From Chrysomallon squamiferum (Eukaryota > Animalia > Mollusca): a stretch of DNA of 64,000 nt. The DNA lies in contig CM022668.1 in NCBI GenBank assembly GCA_012295275.1, positions 9,362,001 through 9,426,000 on the forward strand, in the 5' to 3' direction. Position numbers and translations under genes: made by a program. The notes beneath the pieces are model-generated. The model did no database searches. It was not told the origin of the DNA and worked only from the letters and a program-made list of their open reading frames with translations. Below, in pieces: positions 1 to 12,300 of this stretch. How positions within the stretch are numbered: position 1 is the stretch's first letter; each line of letters opens with the position of its first letter.

Positions 1-3000
1 CTCCTCCTGTTGGCATGACGATGACTTCACACTTGACCCATAAACTTCAGACATGATGCGTGAAATATGATGAACTGTGATTTTCTTTGGAACTGGAGGT
101 TTTGTTTGATTTGAACCATTGCTGTCTGAAAAATTAAATAAAAAATAATATAATTTTAGTCTTCAGGGAATAATATATTTCATTTATATAAACCCAAGAA
201 AAAAAAAAAATTAAAATTAAAATTATGAAAAAAAAGAAAAAAAAAAGGACCTTATAATTGTAAAATTAGTTATAATAATAATAAAGAGAATAATTAAAAA
301 TGTTATCTCTAATAAAAATATCTGAATCAAAATCTGCAAAGATGACATTTTTACTGTTGACAATTCTTGTTAACACACCTGAGACATTTAACACCTGTTG
401 ACACCTGATGTCATGTTCAACCAACTCGACAGCTCGGCGACACACGTCAAGAGCTTTTCTCATGTCACCAGCGACAGCTGAGATTTTCCTCGTACAAAAC
501 TGAACAGCACTGGGTTCAATTACAGCAAGACCATCTAATTCAAGCTATAAATAAATAAATAAATACATAAATAAGTAAGTAAATAAAACTAACTATTCCA
601 TCATATAGGATTAAAGAACATAGTACAATAAAATAAATTTTTAAAAAGAGTAAAACAAAATAATAAATATTGCATTTATAAAATGACTGGTAATCTGTTT
701 GCCAATAATAAGTTATGATAATAATCTTACATTAAAAACATTAGCCTAAAGTGAAGAAATTACTGCTATATTTTTTATTAGATTATTTTCCTTCTAATTT
801 CTCTTTGTTGCACAACCTGACAAGTATATGAAAAAGAAGGGCAAATCACAGCCTGCAAAATGTAGTTAAAAGTTATTTCTTCACATGATATCAGGAAAGA
901 TAAAAATACAAACAAATAGTAACAATAAAAAAATAAAAATAAAGAAAGTGTCAGAATGTAAAAATCATTTTAAAATTTACAAACCTGTTTTAGTCTGTTG
1001 TTTATTATTGTTACTATTTGATCTTTGCTGTAAGGGGCATAGTTTACGAGTTTTGGACGACATTTTGGTTTGGCCTGCAGACGTGGTAGAATTCTGTCTG
1101 TGAAATCCAAGGCATTGGCCACACCTAGAAACAAAGTTAAACAATAGTAAAAATACATCTCAAAATAAAGTGAAATACAGCAATAAAATTATATAATTTA
1201 GCTTTTTTTTGAATTTATGTACAAAAAACAAGAATTTTCTAGAAATTTAAAATGTTTACAAATTATTCACAGAATAAAGGAAAAATTCTGAAATAAAAGA
1301 AACTTTTACATATTAAGTAAGAATTTTCTTGAAATCTAAAATGTTTACAAATTATAAATAGAATAGTAATACAAATTCTGAATATTCACTATATAAAAAT
1401 TTACATATTAAATGCCTTCAATCAAAATAAAATTAAATGTACTCACCAACTAATATAAGTTTAGATTTTTGTAAAAATGGCCACTCAAAGATTGTGTAGA
1501 GAACTTCCTGATTTTTACTGTCCAGTTGATCTATTTCATCCAACACTATAATTCTTTTAAAAAGAATAAAGATAAAAATACTTGAATAAGAAAAAAAAAT
1601 ACTTTTATTTTAACAAAACTGGAAAAAATAATAATCTCAAAATATAAAACATATAATTTTAAACTTCATTTTCTAATTTTTTATATTTATTGAAATATTT
1701 TTATTCTTTTTTCACTGTGGTTGAAAGAAAATTTTATTTTTTAATATTTTAAAAAATCTTTTCATACCAGTCAAATTATCTTTGCTCTTAACTTGAAATA
1801 CGTGACATAATATTTAAGAAATATATTTAAAAATTATGTCAGATCAATTTGAAATAATAACTGATAATAATATTAATAATGATAATAACAAGAAGAATAA
1901 TGAAGATCAAACTCACAAGCTTTTTGTTGACGAAGTTACACACTTTTCCATGTATTTTACGACATCTTTGTTGCTTGGCAACCTCCTTCCTGTCAAATCT
2001 TCATGTAGAGTTTTAAAGACAGATGTGGAATCTTTCAGCATCATACAGTTGAGATAGCAAAGTTTACAAGCATGTTCCTTCTGAAATAAACAATTAAAAT
2101 AAAAAAATACAATTTAAAATTTTTTTTTTTTTTAAATTAACAAACTGCAGAAAGTTCTCAACATAAAACTGAGCTGAACATTACATAAATATCAGACATT
2201 TTTTTTATCTATGAAATAACAAAATAAGTTTGGTTATCTCAGGATAATGTTTGTCTTTTAATTATTTGTTTGTAAACTGCTTTATATTCAGAAACATAAA
2301 ATATATATTTGTTTTTAAAATTACAATTAAAATAATGACAATAATAAGAACATAAAGTACCAATCATTACCTTTAAGTTATCAATAATATGAAGCAATGA
2401 GGCTGTTTTTCCTGTTCCTGGAGCTCCAGAAATATACATGCTGCCAGCAGTTTGATTTTTCAAGTGACCTAACAAAAAACTCTTGATTTCCTGAACTTCT
2501 TTTTCACGACAGTCAAGTCTGTCAGGTTTTGCTGTGTGTAGTCGTTGTTTGGTTTCAATGTAAGCTTGACCTGTGAACAGAAAAGATATTTATACATACA
2601 CATACATATATAACATGTTAAACCAAACATTTAAAAAAAAAAAACACAAGAAAACATTGTATATAATCTGCAAATAATAATATTTTCAGACCAATATATA
2701 TATAAATAAAATGTACTGACAGTTTGATATTAAATTTGTTGAAAATCAACAACAAAAAATTACAAAGTAAAAGAAAAATATATCTAAAAAAGAAATTTAT
2801 TATAAGTGAAAAGTAAAAAGGCATTATATATTATTTTCTGAAATGTAAAGTGTAATGTTACTTTCAAATTATAAACATACAAATACTCACACACACTGTA
2901 TAATTATTAAAAATATGAAATGATAATATAAAATAAATCAGTTTACAAAATATTACTGCAAATAAATAAAATATATGATTTTTATATGTTTTAAAATATA

Positions 3001-4604
3001 TACCAGATTTGTTATTTTACTTAAAACATCTGTTCACTTACTGTTAGCTCTTTGAAGCTTTAACACAGAAACTGCCTTCCTACATGGAGTTGGTGCATTC
3101 TTGACTGGTGTATTTTCCTCATGTTTTCTTGAAAGCACATTTCTGCGGGGACTGGCAACATTCTTTGTCGATGTCGTTTCCTCATCTTCTACAGCAACAG
3201 CATTTTTGCATGGAGTTACGACATTTCTTGATGGTGTGTTTTGGTCGTTTGTTACAGATGCGTTTCTGAACAAAGCAGAAGCATTTTTAACTGGTGTTTT
3301 TTCTTCCTTCACATTTCTCACAGTGTTATTATAAGATTTCACTGGACTGTCAATTCGACGCTGTGGCGAGTTCAAGCTCAGTTTTTTTAATGACAGTACT
3401 GGACTTTTTACTGGGGAAGACAAAAGTCTCTGAAAGCCGACTGTACGTTTTGGTGACTTGTACGGCGAAGTGATGATGAAGCTGTTGATGTTTGTTGTCT
3501 GACACTTTACTGGTGTTGTTGGCATAAGCTTTAAACTGTTTTCATTTAACTCGGATACGTCCGTAACTGTTAAATAAACAAATGGTTATATAATTAAATT
3601 TAAAAATAAATTTTAATGAGTTATTAGAATTCATAAAACTGACATAGACAACAGATAACTGTTACTACTTAAACACACACACATACGTTTTCCAAGTAAA
3701 ATATGCCAAAAATTCAGAAACTTAATACAGATACACTTAATGTCATGTTACAATTTTTTTTTAAGCATTTCTTGAAATAACATTTTGTCTAGTTTATCAG
3801 ATGGTGAAAACTTGATACACATAACCTGAAACTTACAGAATATTTTACTGCGATGAATTTCAGAGACTATCATTATGCTAAATTTAATAAGAATAAACAT
3901 TTAAATAATTTTACTTTAGCTGCATGACAGATGTTTGGCTTGTTCTGACATTGGTCTGTATAGATTGATTGAAATATTATTAAAAAAAAGAAGAAAAAAC
4001 CCCCTATTTAAACCACTAGGTCCATGTATGACATACATATATATATATAAAATGAAATAAAAATATAAAAAAACCACATGCTTACCAGAATTAACAACAT
4101 TGAAAGTATTAACAGGTTTAAACCGACAAGTTAGAGATGTCTTTATTGGAGTTTCTCTCTCAAGTCTTTCCAGTTCTTTTTTCTTTTTATTTGGAGAACA
4201 AGACAATCCTCTCACATTTAGAGAAACTTCACACAAATCATTGTCTGAAAATAAAATTAATTACTAGTAAAGTCTGCAAAGAAAAAAAACAAATAAACAG
4301 CATGATTTCCAAATGTTTCAGTATCATTTGGGGTTACCATCACATTAGATGCAGCCAAAGTGGCAACTGAGATTGAAAAAGTTTTTTAAAATGAAATATA
4401 GAATATGTTAACTATACCTTTTCCTGATCGTTTCCTTGGAGACACAGTTTTAACATCCACTCTTTGATAACGATTTTCTGAGTCTGAATCTAAAGATTCT
4501 CGTGATCCATGACATTTTGACTGCTTTGAACTAGTTTTTCTAGCTTCAATTCTTGAACTTTTTCTGACTTTAAATTCCAACTTTCTTTGTACTGTTGCTG
4601 CCAT
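1..4604 (-). CDS. CDC6: Cell division control protein 6 (AAA+ replication licensing ATPase); multi-exon, 3' end lies beyond the left edge
   Basis: Coding exons read by hand (- strand): 4604-4418, 4244-4086, 3566-3042, 2570-2371, 2080-1917, 1553-1447, 1124-985, 544-379, 125-<1. All junctions are GT-AG and in frame. Motifs: Walker A 'MYISGAPGTGKT', Walker B 'IIVLDEIDQL', 'GVANALDFTDRILPRL', 'AGDMRKALDVCRRAVE', and an S/T-P-rich N-terminus. Confidence 0.95.
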
Positions 4605-5335
4605 ACTTCAGCCTGTTATGTATTAAATGATAAACAATTAATAACAACTAAAATAAAATTAATATTTGGAAATTAAATGTCTGTAATACTAATTGAACTA
4701 CAGTCTTGTCATAATATGATAATCCTAATACATTATTTATTTATAATTCAACACTATAACAGTATTTTTGCGTTTTTTCCTTAATTTTTATCTTTGAGAA
4801 AAAAAGAAAAATATAATCACATTACAGTGATTACTTCATAATTTCATTAGTCTTAGAAGATAAATTATATGATTAGTGGATTTAATCTTATTATTATTTT
4901 AAATAATATTAAAATAAATAAAATATTACATCAGCTAAGGAAACTGGTTAGATTCACAGGTCAGTTCAAACCTTTTTCAAATCCCCACTTACGAACTGAC
5001 TATCAAAACTCGATTCTGGGTTAACTGTTAAAACTTGCGAGATGGGGGAGGAGGTAAAAATAAATCGTAAGACAAAGAAATTATAATAAAACATAAATAA
5101 AAAGTGATTTATCAACAGGCATACTTAAGCTGGTACCTCAAAGGTATGTTGAAACCGAATAGAAAAATCTAAATGTTTCAAGAGTTTACGACAAACCTGA
5201 AATTCAGATGCAACTGACGAATCGTACAATGACTCGAACGAGTGAGAAACTTTTTAACTTCGATAACTTACTTAATTTCTTTCGAAATTGTTTTATAATT
5301 ACAAATTCAACTCATATCCAATTAAATTTGATTAC

Positions 5336-5480
5336 CTGAAAGAAGTATTCTTCTCTTTTTTTTTTCTTAAAAATTAACAGAAACTATAGGAAGAAAAAAT
5401 AAAAAGAAAGAGCAAAATATTCATTAAACATCTGCCTTCAAGGTTGGCGGGGAAATTGGACATCACGTCTTTTGATTGGT
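5336..5480 (-). promoter_or_regulatory. Putative CDC6 non-coding first exon and promoter with an E2F-like site and two CCAAT boxes
   Basis: Minus-strand donor CAG|GTAAT at 5336/5335 and an acceptor just upstream of the ATG (about 4613). TTGGCGGGGAAA (E2F-like) at 5444-5455; ATTGG at 5455-5459 and 5475-5479. CDC6 is an established E2F target. Confidence 0.55.
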
Positions 5481-6259
5481 TAATAAGTTCTCGTTTCTGC
5501 TAAAGGTTTGTATAAAATAACTAATTGAATATGGCAAAATCTGTATGTTATTAAATGAAATAATGTTACACAAAATAAGAAACAAGGTTACTACTGCAAC
5601 TGACTGCTAGTTATTTCTAATTATAAAAAATGAAAGAACGAACGAATGAGTGAGTGAATGAATAAATAAATAAATAAATAAATAATTTTAAAACATGTAA
5701 GTGAATCTTTTTTGAGGATGAATATTAATCAGCTTCGCTTTGTACAGTCTTAGTTCTATATTAAAAATAATTTGCTAGGAAGTATTGTCTAAAATCTTAA
5801 ACGGAGTGCGCATTCTATTAAACTTTATGATGGATAACTGTAAATAGGAATTTTTAATAACTGTTAGAATTATTATAAAATAAAATAAGTACTTTAAAAT
5901 AATAAATGCAATAATTTAAACATATGAAGTAATAAGTGATTATTACTTATTTAGAATTTAATCTGAATAATGTGATTAGCCTAGATTCAATAAATATAGA
6001 GATATTTATTTTTAGGTACCACACAGTCTCAGTCTGTTGTTTAAAATTGTTCAGTATTTTTTATTTTTTATTTTTGTTTGTTTGTTGTTGTTTTTGTTTC
6101 GTTTTTTTTTTTTAGGGGGCGGCGTAGTTACGAATTAGCAATTTTTTATTTAAAATCTAAACAGATGAGCATTCATGTACGCATGAACACACAAACGCAT
6201 AGACACCTTCCAAACTCCTATTCCGTTATCATTCCAAACATTATATGTACTCAAATAAT

Positions 6260-6275
6260 GCGCGACTTCCGGTTT
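6260..6275 (+). promoter_or_regulatory. ETS-family (GABP/ELK-like) site in the CWC22 proximal promoter
   Basis: ACTTCCGG at 6265-6272, about 90 bp upstream of the CWC22 ATG, in a small CpG-containing patch. Confidence 0.4.
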
Positions 6276-6361
6276 GAGAAGTGGTGTTTTGTGCAAACGT
6301 TTTGTGAGAAAATATTAGGAAAACGTGACATTTATTTTTGATTTGAACATATTTGAGAAAA

Positions 6362-9300
6362 ATGCCAAAAGGGTACGCTTTTTAAAATTATATTTTAAAG
6401 TGTATGTGTATCGTTTCTGGTAAATACTTATTTTTATCTTGAATTCCAGGAAATTATTTGGTTCATTTTCGATTTGTGAAAATTAATTATTATTAACTAA
6501 TTAAAGGATGCATTCGGCCGTATGTTAAGCTTTAATATATCAAAGTTTTATATTTATACTTATTACATAACATTTTAAAATATTAACTCATTATTTTAAA
6601 AATATTTTATTTAATATTTGATTTAATTTTGAAGGTGATTAAAAGAAAGAAAACGAAAGGAGAAAAAAACACTGACAAAAACTGAATGTAAAAACTCAGA
6701 AAAGTAATACATTTTTAATTTTTACTTGGATATTTTAATTGGTTAAAAAAATACCCCAATCCTTTATATAGATTTCCAAACAGAAAAGTAACAGATTAAT
6801 ATTTGTATAATTATTATTATTTTTAAAAATGATTCCAGGAAAACCACAGCAGCAAGTGGCAGTGAATCAAGCTCGGCTGAAACCAAAATGGTTAAAAAAT
6901 CGAAGAATGACGATGATTCAGCAACAGAAGATTCTTCTTCTGATTCAGAGAGCACAAGTTCAACAACATCGTCATCATCTTCATCATCATCGTCGTCATC
7001 ATCATCACCAAATGATGAAGCTGTTGAAAACAGAGAAAACAGACATTCCACAATTCATGATTCTAATCGTGCAAAAACATCACCAAGGCATGAAAGATCA
7101 GGACGGAGTCATCAGTCATCATCTGTTACAGACAGACTGGACAGAAATGCTCATTCAGACAGTGCTTTAATAAAGCGATCAGAAGATAGATCTCAGTCAC
7201 GATCAAGAAGAGGTGCTGAAAGCAGATATGAAAGTTCAAATTCACACAGAGAAAGTGATTTGGAAAAATCCAAACGTCACAGAGATGACAGGAAAGATGA
7301 AAGAACAAGTTCGCGATCCTACAGCAGTTCAGACTTGTCTCGTCGTCATGATGACAACTCCAGGAGAGATGACAGAGGAAGGGGCAGGTCAGACTCTGAC
7401 AGACACAGATACGATTCACCAAGGGACAGACATGAATCTTCAAGAAAGGATGAATCACGTAGAGATGATTCCAGAAAATGGAGTTCCAAAGATAGATCAA
7501 GTCCTGAAAGATCTTGGAAAGATGATACAAAGAGGAGTAGGCAAGGTTCCGATGATGAATCAAATCATGACAGATCTGTCAGAAATGATTCAGTTTCTGG
7601 TGGAACTCAGAAAGATGAATCAAAAAGGAGTAGACACAGTTCTGATGGAACATCAAGTCCAAACAGACCACGAAGGATTGATTCAGAAAAAGAACAGGAT
7701 TATTCGGATAAATCTGGTTCAAAAAGAGATGAATTGGGAAGGAATAGGCATAACTCTGATGAGGAATCACCTCGAAGCAGATCACGAAGAAATGACAATG
7801 ATTCTAGTAAATCTCGAAGAGAAAAAGACAGATCATCTCCAAGACATGAAACTGAGAGAGAGAGACATGTTGCAGTAAAACATAGCAGACATGGCTCTGA
7901 TGATGATAGTCCCAGTTCAGGAAGGAATAGGTTGTCCAAGGCTGACACAAGTAAAACTGAATCAGATTCCATTCCTGAGAAAAGAAGTAAACATGAAAGT
8001 CATTCAGATGAAAGCACAGAGAAACAGCTTCAGAAAGGTTCGCTTGAGAGAAATGAGACAAAAGCGGAATCACCTTTGAAGAAAGGTTCAAAGGGAATTA
8101 ATGATGAAAAGGCTTCAGAGCAAACATCTGTTCATGAATCGTCTAAAAGAAAACGTCACGGACAAGAGACTGACTCTGATTCAGATCATTCAGAACGTCG
8201 GAAGAGGTTGCCAGCAAAAAAGGCTCATAGAAAATCAGATGATGACTCTGATTTAGACAGTGGGAAAAAGAACTACCAGCAGAAGAAAACATCAGATCAT
8301 CATGACAGCTCCACTTCTCCAGTAAAATCAAGTCGCCACAGTCCTGGTTCTTCAGTTGGATCTAAACATAACAGGAATTCAGGGGCAGACTCCGGAGATG
8401 GGTGTGGAGGAAAAAGTTCAAAGAAACGTCGGCGTTCAGAAAGTCCTGGTCCTATAGCTCGTAGTCTTCCTGATGATTCTGGTGACCACAGCATCGAGAG
8501 GAAAGAGAAAGAAAGTGGAAAGAAGGTGTCGGAGAAAAGCCAGTCTCATTCCCCGGAGAAGAATAAAACTGATGCGTCTGCTGTTCCCAGGAGTAGCAGA
8601 AGTCCTAAAGCCAAGCTGCTAAAGTTATCTGAAGAAAAAGATAGAGAAAACTTTCATCAGTCACCCAGAAGCAAGAAAGATGATGTACGAATAACAGAGA
8701 GAGAAACTGATGAGAAGGATGCCATTAAAGATGGAGGAAACGACAGGGAGAAAAGTGCAAAGAATGCAGAATTGCAAAGAAAATACCATGAAGGAGATGT
8801 CAGCATGACGACGATGATGACACATCGTCGTCTGAAAGTGAGGATGACCCACCAGTCAAGAAAACAGTTTCCAGTGTGATACAGGTATTTATGAATAATT
8901 CTGGAATTACATCTTTGTGTTAGTCCCGTTTCTTATATCACAGTTACCAATATCTATATGGCAAATTTTTAATGTTTTAAAATGAAATAATATTAGACCA
9001 GTGCATATGAGATAAAACAAAAGGAACAACATTACTATTGTTGTTATTTCATGCTTGGTAGGTTCTGGTATTTCCTTATTTCCACCTGCTGAACTGAAAA
9101 CCTTTATTACCAAAGATATAAGTTTAAAACATTCCTGTTCAGACATAATTGGTTAAATGCAAGGGAAATACAGTGACTTCTTTTTGATTTGTGCATGAAT
9201 ACTGCTAAAATTTGACTAATTTTTTTATCAAATGCAGTGACATATATGTCAAGTAAACTTTTGAATTATCTGTGAAGTGTGATTATAATAAATTTTAGTT

Positions 9301-12300
9301 CTTTTCTTTTTATATTATTATTATTATTATTGTTGTTTTGTTTTTATTTATTTATTTTGAAAAAGCAGCAGTTTTTACCCATAAATGGAAACACATTTAG
9401 TTAAGAACCTTGAAAGGTAAGTTTCAAAAACATTAGAGGTAAACAAGATAATCATTTACTGATGGGAGTTTGTTGTTTGAAAAATGTACCATTTTACTTC
9501 TATTTTTTCAGTTACATGTTTGTAGAACTTGTAGACTAATAAATATATTTTTATACAGATTTTATTTTTCTGTATTACTGAATTTGATTTCTGTATATTT
9601 CACAGAGACCAGAATCTAGAAAGGAAGCAGGAAATGTTAGAAGGTAGTAATTATTTTTATAATGTACTTTTATAAAAATAAAAAAATGTATATATAACGA
9701 TAGATAATTATCAGAAATATATATTTAATTGTTAAAATAGGTAATTTCCTTCTTGTTTTTCTTTTTTAAATTTCTTGTCTTAGATATTTAAAATTTTGTT
9801 GAGCTGAATGAAGTAGTAAATGGATTTGATAAAGGCTGAGGGTGTTAAATTATTTCTATATTTACAGTTTAATATATAGAAAATAACTTATTTCTTTCTT
9901 TCCTTCTTTGTGTTTCTTTTGTTGTTTTTTTATACTTTTATATTTAAACCTATGTGGGTGGAACAATTTCATTTCATTTCATTTTTTGTATTATAATTTG
10001 TATCTTTTATTATTAGTTTTTGCACCATTAATTTTTCTTAAAACACTGATTGTACTTAAAACTTAAGTGTATTGAAAAAAAAATTATTTTTCTTTTTTAA
10101 ATTTTATTATTATTATTATTACTATTATTATTATTATTTTAAATATAATAAACAGAATGGCTTATTTACTTTCATTTCTACAAGACTGGTTGATTACGGG
10201 GATGAAGGACCAGCTGACAATGAAGTAAGTGAGAAAGATTCGACTTACAGGACGAGGGGAAAAGACTACGAAAGACGTTCTCGTAGTCGTAGTAAGGACA
10301 GGAGAGACAGAAGAGATGACAGAGAAAGGAGAACAGACAATAACAGACGGGACGAAAGTGAGAAAAACCGGAGAGACAAGGACGACCGCTATAAAGACAG
10401 TTCATATCATCGGGACTACGAAAATGACAGAAGAAGGAATAGAGATTACGACAGTGACAGAAGAAGAGACAGAGATTACGATCGGCCAAGAGAGAGAGAA
10501 GAAAGGAATGACAGCTCGAGGAGGAACGACAGGAGAGATTGGCGAGGAGATTACAGAGAAGAGGGAAGGAATGAAGAAAGGAAAGACAGAAACGTGGATG
10601 ATAGAGAGAAAAGAGAAGGGGTAGATAGGTAAATATACCAGGTACATATCTCTGTTTTCTGAATGGCATCTGATGAAATGTTGTCTGTAGTCTCAGTTCA
10701 GATGATAATTTTTTTTTTATTTAACTGATATTGTGTCTTAATCATCTACTTTGGACAAAACGAGGTAAATGTTTTTTTTTTTCATGATAAATTATGTGTG
10801 TGTGTGTGTGTGTGTATTTTAAATTGTTTTTATGTATTGGATATTTACCTTTCATTAGATTTATTTTTAACTGATGGCATTTAACTTGTAAACAAATTGA
10901 ACATCTCATGGATAATTTAACACTGGTGATATCATTTTGCCATCGCAACATTTTTTCAAAATGAGTTATGTAGATGTAGCAAATGTTTAAAAAAAGAAGT
11001 GAAAAAGGAAATGTTAACATCTAAGATAATGTTTAAATCTATCATTTTGACTAGTGTAATATTAAAATTAGTTGGGGTTTCTTCATAAAACTGAAGCTTT
11101 TTTAGTTTTCTTTTTGCTTTTTCAAATTTATGCTCACTCATTGAACAGTCTTCGTCTAACAGTCAGACAAATTAAACTTTTTGAGCAACTTCAGTCATGT
11201 AGCTGATGCTTGTTAAAACATATTTACAAAAACTTGTGATTTTGAATAATTGAGACTGTCCGCTGGACATGTTTGAAACAGCATGGTTAATCCATTTTGG
11301 CCACCATTACTAATTAATATGAAAAAAATATTATATACATTTAAATAAACGCTTATTTAGAAACATTTGTTCAGTCTTGTAACAGAAGCTCGCTGGTTTG
11401 GACATAGAACTGATGAATGTTTGTTTCTTTTGGTGATGGAGATGAACCAATTTCAGTATCCACTAGCATTTGATAGGAACATGAAATAAAACAGGAAATG
11501 ATTTTAAATTTTTTCTTTTTTTTGGTTTCAGTGTCAAGACCAAAGAACAGCAGGAGAACGCAAGTAAAGAACAAGTGAAAAAGAACACAGCAGAAGGCGT
11601 GGCAGCACTTACCAGCAGAACAGGGGGTGCCTACATCCCTCCCGCTAAGCTTAGAATGATGCAGGAACAGATAACTGATAAGAGCAGGTGAGTTTTTAAA
11701 AGTTTTTATTAACAGATATAAACACACAGACACAAACATGCATACACATATGAAACATGAATCTGTGTTATCTAAAAAGGTAAGCAGAAATATGTATTGA
11801 TATATATATATATACACATGTACACATGTCTAAAACAAGAGAATATATATTGCATGTATATCAGTGTACAGTTATGTTAAATAAATAGATGTGTGTTCAC
11901 AGATTAATATTTTGAATCTGAAAAGATAAATATATGCAACAGTTAATGTCCTGGAAATGCTTACAGTTCAAAAGGAAATTTCAGTGGATGGCAACTAGCA
12001 AGTATCAGTTTGTATGCAATTACAAATTGACAGATGACAGTTTAGCCACTCAGAAACAGTTTTTGGGGTGTGGTTGTTGAAAAACTGTTTAAGATAACTG
12101 TTGCAGTGGATCAGAAAATAGGTGTTTATTGAAAATGTTCCACAGTGAATAAAATATTCAGCAATTTATAAGGTATTGAAAATCAGCTAATTTTTCTAAA
12201 TATGAATGAAAAAATGGGGTGATTTTGGTCAGTTCCTAAATTAAATTGGATTCTTGGTTATGAGATAAGATATTTTACAGAAATCTATAAGAGATTAAAT

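Noticed and set aside
8785-8800. Programmed -1 ribosomal frameshifting in CWC22
   Set aside because: No X XXY YYZ slippery heptamer or evident stimulatory structure; similar indels in three genes point to sequencing error.
6764-8852. Multiple antisense and alternate-frame ORFs over CWC22 exon 2
   Set aside because: Shadows of low-complexity purine-rich coding sequence with no independent support.
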